From contig DLLG01000004.1 in the NCBI GenBank assembly GCA_002479075.1, positions 245,205 to 309,204 of the forward strand: a stretch of DNA of 64,000 nucleotides, given 5' to 3'. This document shows positions 56,315-63,919 of the stretch, piece by piece. Source of the DNA: Clostridiales bacterium UBA7568 (GTDB taxonomy: Bacteria > Bacillota > Clostridia > Oscillospirales > CAG-272). Below the pieces are notes generated by a model, which saw only the letters and a list, made by a program, of their open reading frames with translations, had not been told where the DNA came from and did not search any database. Positions within the stretch are counted from its first letter, which is position 1, and the number at the start of each line of letters is the position of its first letter. The position numbers and the translations under genes were made by a program.

Positions 56315-57358
56315 ATGGCAAACATAGAGAGATATTTTGCAGCGGCAAATTCGGGCGACGGTTTTTATGGCTTTTTCGGTGATATTTTTGACAGGAAAAA
56401 GCTCGATAAGATTTATCTTCTTCGCGGTGGACCGGGAACGGGAAAATCGACTCTGATGAAAAAGATCGGCAAAAGAGCGGAGACGGAGGGGCTTTCCGTT
56501 CATTATATCCCTTGTTCTTCCGACATTGACTCCCTTGACGGGGTTGTCATCCCGGAAAAATCTGCGGCAATCTTCGATGCGACTGCTCCGCATTCCTCCG
56601 AGCCCTTGTATCCGGGGGCTGTTGACGTAACGGCGGAGCTTTACCCCGCGCTTGACGAGGCGGCTCTCCGCAGCCGAAGGGAAGAGATAATCGCAATCGC
56701 CGACCGGGCAGGACGTGAAACGTCCGCGGCTCGCGAATATCTTTCTGCGGCGGGGAGAATGAAAAGGGAGACCATACGTGAGGCGGGATATGTTTTTGAA
56801 GCTGAAAAGGCGAGCCGTGCAGCAAGGCGCGAAGCGTCTTGCCGTCCGGTCGGCGGGGAAGAAAAGCACAGATTTATAAGCTCAATCAGCAAGGACGGAG
56901 AAAAATCCCTTGATACATACATGCGTCTCGCAAGGGTAAAGATTGCCGTTACGGATAAATTCGGGCTTGGACACGAGCTTCTGCGGCTCATCCTCGCATT
57001 TTCGCGTGAGCGCGGCGCATATTGTACGGTATTTCCCGATCCCGTCACGCCGGAATATCCCGAGGCTTTGTGGTTTGAAAGCGACGGGACATATTTCTTA
57101 ATTGATAAAGAAGGCGATTGTGACTGCGAAAGACGCATAAACATTATGCGCTTTATATCGAAAAAGCGTCTTGCGGAGATTCGCGGAAGATTGCGGTTTG
57201 CAAAGAAATGCGAGAATGCACTTACGGACGGCGCCATCGGACATTTTGCACGCGCGGCGGAGTGTCATTCGGAGCTTGAAAAAATATATTCCTCCGCAAT
57301 GGACTTCGGTTATGCAGACGGACTTGCGGATAAGATCATTTCGGAAATATTCGGATGA
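56315..57358 (+). CDS. P-loop NTPase of unknown function
   Basis: Walker A GGPGTGKST and Walker B-like AAIFDAT. AAGGAG RBS. Confidence 0.75.
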   Translation: MANIERYFAAANSGDGFYGFFGDIFDRKKLDKIYLLRGGPGTGKSTLMKKIGKRAETEGLSVHYIPCSSDIDSLDGVVIPEKSAAIFDATAPHSSEPLYPGAVDVTAELYPALDEAALRSRREEIIAIADRAGRETSAAREYLSAAGRMKRETIREAGYVFEAEKASRAARREASCRPVGGEEKHRFISSISKDGEKSLDTYMRLARVKIAVTDKFGLGHELLRLILAFSRERGAYCTVFPDPVTPEYPEALWFESDGTYFLIDKEGDCDCERRINIMRFISKKRLAEIRGRLRFAKKCENALTDGAIGHFARAAECHSELEKIYSSAMDFGYADGLADKIISEIFG

Positions 57359-57485
57359 CGTTTTTGCTAAAATGTAAATATTGAAAAATAACATTGAAAT
57401 TTGCCCGGATGTGTGATAATATAATATAAGCTAATAAGGAAAACCGGCTTTTCCGGGACAAAAAAATATCGGAGTGTTATTTGCG

Positions 57486-58628
57486 ATGAAAAGATTTACA
57501 AAGATAATATGTGCTTTGATGGCGATGGCAATGCTCTTGCTTGCGCTTGCGTCGTGTACAAAAAAGCCGGGGCTTTATGCCTGGTACGGCAGGGTGAAGG
57601 TTGATTATATCCTGAAACTGACGGTCGATGCGGGCGACGGAGAGAAAACATATAACGTCCCCTTCGATATGTACAGAAACCTTTTCGTATATTACCAGCC
57701 GCTTGTTGCCGATGTCATAAAGAGATCGGAGGATTCGCAGGAGCTTGTAACTGATGCGCAGAAGACGGCTGTCCTGAAGGAATATACGGAGGATGAGCTT
57801 TGCGAATATTACGCTCTGCTTGCGATTGCCGAGAGATACGGTCTTTCGATAACCGATGCGGACAGAGAGAACTTCCAGAATGACTACTACGCAAGAATTG
57901 AAGAATTCGTTTCAAGAATCGATGAAAGCGATAAGAAGTTCAGCGGTACAAAGGAAGAATATGCAAAGCATCTTTACGAGCAGGTCGTTGAAACGCTCGG
58001 AATGACAGAGGAGTATATAGAATATCTTTATTACAAAAACGTTCTGACAAGACGTGTAAAGCAGGTGCTTGTTCCGGAGCTTATGGCATATACAGAGCAG
58101 GGCTATTATCATTTCAAGCAGGTATATATTGAATATACAAAGGGCGATGACGTTCAGGAGAGGGAAGCGTCCGAAAAGATCCGCAAGGCATATGAGGAGC
58201 TTAAGGCGGGAGCCTCTATCGATGATGTTATCGATAAATACAGCAACAGCGTTTACGGCGGAGAATTCTATTTCGATTCGTATGGAAACATAGTCAGTTC
58301 CAAAACGAACAACGCCCTCGGCGCAACTGCAACGGAAGCCGTCAAATCGATTCCGGAAGGCGAAATCGGCGAGATAATGATGGGCGACGGCGAGGACGGA
58401 ATGGCGTATTTCGCAATCGCAAACCGTCTCGGGTTTGACGAAAAGTTCCTGTACGGCGCTTCGGAAGAAGCGGAAGCAATGTTCAAATATTCATATGTCG
58501 GCGCTTCGAATTATTCTGTCGGCTATATGGTTTATACGGATGTTCTTGAGGCTTATAAGCAGAATATGAGGGTTGAACCCTATGATGCAAAAACATATAA
58601 GCTGGTCAGATACAAATCAATATATTGA
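57486..58628 (+). CDS. PrsA/SurA-like lipoprotein with degenerate parvulin-type PPIase domain
   Basis: Lipobox LALASC. Parvulin-shaped segment FKQVYIEY...LKAGASIDDVIDKYSN...GGEFYF that lacks the usual leading His. Confidence 0.55.
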   Translation: MKRFTKIICALMAMAMLLLALASCTKKPGLYAWYGRVKVDYILKLTVDAGDGEKTYNVPFDMYRNLFVYYQPLVADVIKRSEDSQELVTDAQKTAVLKEYTEDELCEYYALLAIAERYGLSITDADRENFQNDYYARIEEFVSRIDESDKKFSGTKEEYAKHLYEQVVETLGMTEEYIEYLYYKNVLTRRVKQVLVPELMAYTEQGYYHFKQVYIEYTKGDDVQEREASEKIRKAYEELKAGASIDDVIDKYSNSVYGGEFYFDSYGNIVSSKTNNALGATATEAVKSIPEGEIGEIMMGDGEDGMAYFAIANRLGFDEKFLYGASEEAEAMFKYSYVGASNYSVGYMVYTDVLEAYKQNMRVEPYDAKTYKLVRYKSIY

Positions 58629-58646
58629 TAGGCAGGGAAGTTTAAA

Positions 58647-59366
58647 ATGAAGGTGTCTCTTGTAATTCCGATGTATAACGAAAGCTCGATAATCGAAGGA
58701 GCGATCAAAACATTTTCGGAATATCTCAAATCAAAATATGAGGATTGGGAGCTGATATTTGTTGACGATGGCTCAAAGGACGGTTGCGGAGACGCTGTTC
58801 GCAAAGCTTCGGAGAAGGATCCGAGAATTCGTCTTGAAGGCTATCCTGACAACAGAGGTAAGGGGTGTGCTGTCAGAACGGGAATGCTTGCCGCAAAGGG
58901 CGACATAGTTGTTTTCACGGACTGCGACAACGCTTACGGAGAGGATGCAGTCGGCAGAATGATTGATATGTTTTCCGAAAGCAAGGCTGATATTATCATC
59001 GGCTCGCGCAACCTTTCGAAGGACGGTTACAAGGACTACACATTTATTCGCAAACTTGCGTCAAAAACGTATATAAAGGTAATAGGCATTGTTGCGGGCT
59101 TCAAATTTTCGGATGCGCAGAGCGGCATAAAAGGTTTCCGCAGAGAAGCGGCGCAGAAGGTTTTCCGCAACTGTGAGGTTGATCGCTTTGCGTTTGACCT
59201 TGAGGCGATAATGATTGCGCAGAAGGCAGGCTTTAAGATCGAGGAAATGCCGGTTACGATTATAAACCACCGTGAATCGAAGGTCAGAGTTTTGCGGGAC
59301 GCTTTCAAAATGCTTTCCGACGTTCGCAAGATGAAAAAGCGGATCAAGAAAACGGAGCTTAAATAA
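58647..59366 (+). CDS. family 2 glycosyltransferase (polyprenyl-phosphate sugar synthase-like)
   Basis: VIPMYNE, VDDGSKD and FTDCDNAY (DxD) motifs. Confidence 0.88.
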   Translation: MKVSLVIPMYNESSIIEGAIKTFSEYLKSKYEDWELIFVDDGSKDGCGDAVRKASEKDPRIRLEGYPDNRGKGCAVRTGMLAAKGDIVVFTDCDNAYGEDAVGRMIDMFSESKADIIIGSRNLSKDGYKDYTFIRKLASKTYIKVIGIVAGFKFSDAQSGIKGFRREAAQKVFRNCEVDRFAFDLEAIMIAQKAGFKIEEMPVTIINHRESKVRVLRDAFKMLSDVRKMKKRIKKTELK

Positions 59367-59376
59367 AGTCAAAATT

Positions 59377-59412
59377 AAAAGAGGAAAATCCGCAAGGGTT
59401 TTCCTCTTTTTG
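59377..59412. terminator. bidirectional rho-independent terminator
   Basis: aaaagaggaaaatcc-gcaa-gggttttcctctttt. Confidence 0.8.
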
Positions 59413-59484
59413 ATTGCTTCCGAAACGTAAACAGAAGCGGGAAGCGGGTCTGTATAGCAAAATTCGGGTTTAACGGGATTGCAA

Positions 59485-60000
59485 TCACAGCAAGCCTTCG
59501 CCCGTCAGCATTTCAATGACACGCGCTTCGCGTTCAAACATCGCAGAATTATACGGGCTGCCCGACACATTACGGTTCTTTTGAATTACGATGGCGGGTT
59601 CAACGAATTCCAAGGTGTATCTTTCTGTTGCTTCGTAGCTGTCCAAATGCTGCGAAACTGTTCTGTCCTCAACGTCGCAGAGATAGTAATAGTTGTCTTG
59701 GATAAAACATTCGGATGCGACTTTATCGCTTTTCTGTATGCGATGCACATAGCCGTATTCTTTTACCGTTTCCGGCTTGACAACCAAGCCTGCCTCTTCG
59801 CGAGTTTCACGAATCATTGCGGAAACGGGGGATTCGTTGCCTTCGATTCCGCCTCCGGGGAATTTGTAATAGTCATATTTCAAGCTATGGATCATTGCAA
59901 CTTTTTTGTCTCTGATTATGATGCTTCTTGCCGAATTACGCACAAAATTGCGGGTGCAATTATCATAATCACGTTTATCAATTTCAAAGAGTAATCTCAT
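59485..60000 (-). CDS. NUDIX hydrolase
   Basis: Nudix box GGGIEGNESPVSAMIRETREEAGL. Confidence 0.9.
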   Translation of the reverse strand: MRLLFEIDKRDYDNCTRNFVRNSARSIIIRDKKVAMIHSLKYDYYKFPGGGIEGNESPVSAMIRETREEAGLVVKPETVKEYGYVHRIQKSDKVASECFIQDNYYYLCDVEDRTVSQHLDSYEATERYTLEFVEPAIVIQKNRNVSGSPYNSAMFEREARVIEMLTGEGLL

Positions 60001-60035
60001 AATGCCTCCGTTTTGGTTGTGTATGTGCCTGCAAT

Positions 60036-60064
60036 ATTATATCATAATGTATCAATGATGTCAA
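60036..60064 (-). promoter_or_regulatory. consensus sigma-A promoter for the NUDIX gene
   Basis: Minus strand reads TTGACA, 17-nt spacer, TATAAT, with TG extension (TGATATAAT). Confidence 0.7.
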
Positions 60065-60096
60065 TAAGCTGCCGTTCTGACGGCGTGCATCAAAAG

Positions 60097-60240
60097 CCCT
60101 CTTCTCGGCGAAGCCTGCAAATGCTTACGCATTTGCAAATCTCACCCTCTTCTCGGCGAAGCCTGCAAACGCTTACGCATTTGCAAATCCCACCCTCTTC
60201 TCGGCGAAGCCTGCAAATGCTTGCGCATTTGCAAATCTCC
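60097..60240 (-). repeat. 3 x 48-bp head-to-tail tandem repeat, each unit holding a 9-bp-stem hairpin
   Basis: Units start at 60097, 60145 and 60193. Palindromes tgcaaatgc-ttac-gcatttgca lie at 60116-60137, 60164-60185 and 60212-60233. Strand assignment comes from wobble and tetraloop analysis (see findings). Confidence 0.9.
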
Positions 60241-60262
60241 CTCTCACCCGACTCCGTCTGGA

Positions 60263-60281
60263 GCTCTCCCGGAGGGAGAGC
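60263..60281. repeat. GC-rich hairpin (REP-like)
   Basis: gctctccc-gga-gggagagc, an 8-bp stem. Confidence 0.6.
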
Positions 60282-60330
60282 CAAAAAGGAGGGGAAACGC
60301 CGAAGCGCCTTTTATGTTTTTTCAAAGACT

Positions 60331-60366
60331 GTTCAAACAAAAACAGGAGCGGAAATCCCACTCCTG
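60331..60366 (-). terminator. rho-independent terminator (repeat unit B1)
   Basis: Minus strand reads CAGGAGTGG-gattt-CCGCTCCTG followed by TTTTTGTTTG. Confidence 0.7.
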
Positions 60367-60437
60367 CTTTCGGATGATGTAATTTGCAGAAACTTAATAA
60401 CCGAAGTTTCTTTTGCCTGCTTTTCTTTTCAAAAACA

Positions 60438-60472
60438 GTTCAAACAAAAACAGGAGCGGAAACCCACTCCTG
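60438..60472 (-). terminator. rho-independent terminator (repeat unit B2)
   Basis: Minus strand reads CAGGAGTGG-gttt-CCGCTCCTG followed by TTTTTGTTTG. Confidence 0.7.
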
Positions 60473-60550
60473 TTTTCAGATGATGTAATTTGCAGAAACT
60501 TAATAACCGAAGTTTCTTTTGCATACTTTTCTTTTCAAAGAAAAGTATGG

Positions 60551-60829
60551 TCAGTCTGCGAAAACGGTGATCTTCTTCGCAAGGACTATTGTGAGTATGT
60601 CGCATATCCAGCATACAACATAAACAACTCTTACAATCCAACCGAGAATTGCAGGAAGACCGATGAAGGAAACGATCGAAAGAATGAACGACACAAGCAT
60701 TATCGCGCCGACAACCTTTGACGAAGTTTTCTTTCCGCCGAGTCTGTAAAGTCCGCCGAAGAGACCGTCAACGAAGATGACAAGCAAAAGCTGTACGAGC
60801 CACGGCAAATCAGAAAGTGTTTTTCTCAT
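60551..60829 (-). CDS. small membrane protein, unknown function
   Basis: AGGGGATG RBS. Three hydrophobic helices. 92 aa. Confidence 0.65.
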   Translation of the reverse strand: MRKTLSDLPWLVQLLLVIFVDGLFGGLYRLGGKKTSSKVVGAIMLVSFILSIVSFIGLPAILGWIVRVVYVVCWICDILTIVLAKKITVFAD

Positions 60830-60902
60830 TATAAAACATCCCCCTAAATAATTTTATTTGTGCAGAAAACACACATTATGTGTAATAAACACACCACTAA
60901 AT

Positions 60903-60930
60903 ATTATATCACCGAAAAAGATTTTGTCAA
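60903..60930 (-). promoter_or_regulatory. sigma-A promoter for the 92-aa membrane protein gene
   Basis: Minus strand reads TTGACA, 16-nt spacer, TATAAT, with TG extension. Confidence 0.6.
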
Positions 60931-60945
60931 CCGAAACTGGCGAAT

Positions 60946-61509
60946 TTATCTCGAAACAGGCACGACAGTAACATTTTCGCCGCCGTAATAGCGCAGGGAG
61001 GAGAGCAGTTTTGACGAAGGATCGAAATACACGGCTGTCGTTGTTCCGTTGTCCGAGGAGAGGGCGCAGTAAAGTTCGCGAAGGTCGGGAGAGGAGCAAT
61101 ACATAAGTTTTTTGTCCGCAGAGACGATCATATCGGCGGGAGCGACCTTTTCAAGAGAGGAAACAACTGCCTTATATACCTCCTTTGCGTTACCGTAACC
61201 ATCAACCGAATAAACATAGAAGGTGCCGCGGCAGGTGATATATACATATTCTCTCTGCGTATGCTTCCAGGTGAAATACCAGAGCATCCAGAGGAAGAAC
61301 GGCAGAATTGCAATAACATACGGGATTTTTACGATGACTGTGAACAGCACGACGTACCCGCCTGCAAAAATAACATAGAGCAGGGTGAGAAGAAAGCGCG
61401 TCAGCTTATCCTTTTTAGTCGGCTTTGCGGAGACGGCAAACTGCGAAAAATGCTCGTTTGCCTCCTCTTCTTCCTTGAACGGAATACCTTTATAAAGACT
61501 TTTGCTCAT
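60946..61509 (-). CDS. hypothetical two-TM membrane protein with C-terminal soluble domain
   Basis: GAGGT RBS. Hydrophobic hairpin FLLTLLYVIFAGGYVVLFTVIV / VIAILPFFLWMLWYF. Confidence 0.65.
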   Translation of the reverse strand: MSKSLYKGIPFKEEEEANEHFSQFAVSAKPTKKDKLTRFLLTLLYVIFAGGYVVLFTVIVKIPYVIAILPFFLWMLWYFTWKHTQREYVYITCRGTFYVYSVDGYGNAKEVYKAVVSSLEKVAPADMIVSADKKLMYCSSPDLRELYCALSSDNGTTTAVYFDPSSKLLSSLRYYGGENVTVVPVSR

Positions 61510-61520
61510 TTTCTTTTACC

Positions 61521-63395
61521 TCATATCATTTTAAGAATTTCGTAGCTCTCGGAAAGGAATTCCTTCATTTCGTCGCCGGAGAGACGGCGGAAGGAGAGCG
61601 TTGCAAGGCGATATATGCTCTTTGCGAGAATATCTGCCTTTTCGTCGCCGGAGGAGAGTTTTTCTTCAAGCGATTTTATCAGCGGGCAAGCGGTATTGAC
61701 CGTCAGTATGCCTTTCGGCGGCATATCGCCTTTGCTGACGCCGTATATCCTCATCATATCCTCAAAACGGCGGTTTTCCTCCGACGTTCCGAGCATTGCG
61801 GGGACGTTTTCGTCGTCCAACTTTGCGAATCTGACCTCGAGTGCTTCGTCGCCGGACGCTTTTATAAAAGCGGCTTTGACAGCTTCGCTGTCAGCGGTCT
61901 CCGCCTCTTTATCCGAAAGCGCACCGGAAATGTCCGAATCGACGCGGAGAAATTTCAGCCCGTCGTTTTCACGCTCAAGCATAGTGATGTACTGCGAATC
62001 TATAACGGTGTCAAGCACACATACGCGGAATCCCTTTGCGCGGAACATTGAGATGTATTGCGCCTGCGCCGTCTTGTCTGTTGTGTAATAGACGGTTTTT
62101 TCGTGTGTTTCCTTTGCTTCTTCGAGATATTCCGAAAGTGTTACACACTTGTCTTCCGTGTCTCGGAAGAGAACGGCATCTTTGACCTTTTCATTGAATT
62201 TTCTGTCCTTGAGACAGCCGTATTCGATGAAAGTTCTTATGTCGCCCCAGATTTTCTCATAAGCTTCGCGCTCGGTATTTGCCATAGAGGTCAGCTTATC
62301 GGCGACCTTCTTTGAAATGTGTGCGCTTATCTTGCTGACGTATGCGCTGTTCTGGAGGTAGCTTCTCGAAACATTGAGCGGCAGGTCAGGGCAGTCAAGC
62401 ACGCCGCAGAGCATAAGCATATATTCCGGAATGACCTCTTTTATATTGTCTGCAACGAAAACAGAGTTATAATACAGCTTGACTTCGCCCTCAAGCGATT
62501 CAAACTCGCTGTCTATTCTCGGGAAATACAAAATTCCCTTGAAATTAAGAGGATAATCGGCGTTTATATGAATGTGGAAGAGGGGATCGCGCTTGCCGGG
62601 GAATACCTTTGAATAGAATTCCTTATATTCCTCCTCGGTACATTCCGAGGGCGACTTCTGCCAGAGCGGGGATTTGTCGTTTATCGGCTTTTCCTCGTGC
62701 TTGCATTCACATTCTTCGCCTTCGCCGTGGTCGTGACCGCATTCGCATTCGTGCTCGTGTTCGTCTTCTCCGTGGAGATAGATATTTTCTGTCATAAACG
62801 AGCAGTACTTCTGAAGAACGGCGAGAACGCGATGATAATCAAGATATTCCTCGCTGTCTGCGTTGATATGCATTATGACGTCTGTTCCGTGCGTTTCTCT
62901 TTCGCCTTCGGTTATCTCGTATTCGCCGGATTCGGCGCAGGTCCAATGGACGGAGGGCGAGTCCGTAAACGACTTTGTTACAACCTCAACCTTGTCTGCA
63001 GCCATAAATGCGGAATAGAAGCCGAGCCCGAAATGCCCGATTATGCCTGTTCCGCTTTCCTCGGAGCCTTCATATTTTGAGATGAAGTCCATAGCGCCGG
63101 AGAGGGCAATGTTGCAGAGGTACTTTTTCAGCTCCTCCTCTGTCATTCCGATACCGTTGTCGGAGACGGTCAGCGTTTTTGCGTCTTTATCGACGGTTAC
63201 GTCAACTCTGTAATCCTCCGAGGCGAAATCGGCTTCTCCTATTGAAGAGAGCCTGCGGAGCTTTGTGATGGCATCAACGGAGTTTGAAACTATTTCGCGG
63301 AGAAAAATCTCTTTTTCCGAATAGAGCCATTTTTTTATAATTGGGAAGATATGCTCTGTCTGGACGGATATTCCGCCTTTTTCAATTTCGGACAT
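61521..63395 (-). CDS. htpG: molecular chaperone HtpG (Hsp90)
   Basis: GHKL ATPase motifs EIFLREIVSNSVDA, DNGIGMT and GHFGLGFYSAFM. 624 aa. Confidence 0.95.
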   Translation of the reverse strand: MSEIEKGGISVQTEHIFPIIKKWLYSEKEIFLREIVSNSVDAITKLRRLSSIGEADFASEDYRVDVTVDKDAKTLTVSDNGIGMTEEELKKYLCNIALSGAMDFISKYEGSEESGTGIIGHFGLGFYSAFMAADKVEVVTKSFTDSPSVHWTCAESGEYEITEGERETHGTDVIMHINADSEEYLDYHRVLAVLQKYCSFMTENIYLHGEDEHEHECECGHDHGEGEECECKHEEKPINDKSPLWQKSPSECTEEEYKEFYSKVFPGKRDPLFHIHINADYPLNFKGILYFPRIDSEFESLEGEVKLYYNSVFVADNIKEVIPEYMLMLCGVLDCPDLPLNVSRSYLQNSAYVSKISAHISKKVADKLTSMANTEREAYEKIWGDIRTFIEYGCLKDRKFNEKVKDAVLFRDTEDKCVTLSEYLEEAKETHEKTVYYTTDKTAQAQYISMFRAKGFRVCVLDTVIDSQYITMLERENDGLKFLRVDSDISGALSDKEAETADSEAVKAAFIKASGDEALEVRFAKLDDENVPAMLGTSEENRRFEDMMRIYGVSKGDMPPKGILTVNTACPLIKSLEEKLSSGDEKADILAKSIYRLATLSFRRLSGDEMKEFLSESYEILKMI

Positions 63396-63484
63396 AAAAT
63401 CATCATCCTTTCATTTTTTAATCCGAAAGATCGTATATTCGGTAAAATCCGCCCCTGCCTTCTGCGGGGGCGGATCCTGCTTTC

Positions 63485-63919
63485 TTATTTGCCGGAATGT
63501 TCGCGCTTTTTGCGGTTATATTCCGAATTGGGGTTGACAAGCTCTCTCCAGTCAAGGTCACCGCGGTCGATCGCCGTTATGATGAGCTCCGCCGTTGCGA
63601 TGTTCGTCGCTATCGGGACGTTGTTTGCGTCGCACTTGCGGATGAGGGAGTTGTCGTTTGCGTCGAATTCGTCGGCGGGGTCGTGAAAATATACAACAGC
63701 GTCGATTTCGTTGTATTCAATGCGCGAGGATATCTGCTGAACGCCGCCCTGCCTGCCGGGAAGAACGTGCTCGATCTTGAGCCCTGTTGCTTCGGAGATG
63801 AGTCTGCCCGTCATTTTCGTTGCGCAAAGATCGTGCTTTGCCAGAACGCCGCAATATGCGATGCAGAACTGCGTCATAAGCTCTTTTTTTGTGTCATTTG
63901 CTATCAAAGCTATTTCCAT
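63485..63919 (-). CDS. methylglyoxal synthase-like (MGS fold) protein, catalytic residues substituted
   Basis: Collinear with B. subtilis and E. coli MgsA as I recall them (IALIANDTKK, ATKMTG, GGVQQ, NVPIATNIATAE), but with key residues changed. See the finding. Confidence 0.8.
   Translation of the reverse strand: MEIALIANDTKKELMTQFCIAYCGVLAKHDLCATKMTGRLISEATGLKIEHVLPGRQGGVQQISSRIEYNEIDAVVYFHDPADEFDANDNSLIRKCDANNVPIATNIATAELIITAIDRGDLDWRELVNPNSEYNRKKREHSGK

Larger units (their letters stand above)
60331..60540 (-). repeat. 2 x ~107-bp tandem repeat, each unit with a stem-loop plus terminator hairpin
   Basis: Units start at 60331 and 60438. They differ by one indel and about six substitutions. 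Confidence 0.9.

Noticed and set aside
60097-60240. Possible CRISPR array.
   Set aside because: The three 48-bp units are contiguous with no spacers. No cas genes and no leader are present.
60090-60284. A 64-aa minus-strand ORF with three EICKCxSxCRLRREEG repeats, which looks tempting as a Cys-rich repeat peptide or RiPP precursor.
   Set aside because: It has a TTG start preceded by CCCCTCCTTT, the complement of an SD, so there is no ribosome-binding site. Differences between repeats are non-synonymous but preserve RNA pairing (G-U wobble, GNRA loops), which argues for RNA or DNA function rather than coding.
60331-60345. A tRNA-like T-arm (GTTCAAAC) in the 107-bp repeat units.
   Set aside because: The closing base pair and the acceptor and anticodon arms are absent. 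On the minus strand this string is the U-tract of the terminator.
60013-60483. A 156-aa plus-strand ORF containing a thrice-repeated SSRRSLQMLTHLQI peptide.
   Set aside because: The peptide repeat is simply the 48-bp (16-codon) DNA repeat read in frame. It has a TTG start with no SD and runs across terminator hairpins and the NUDIX promoter.
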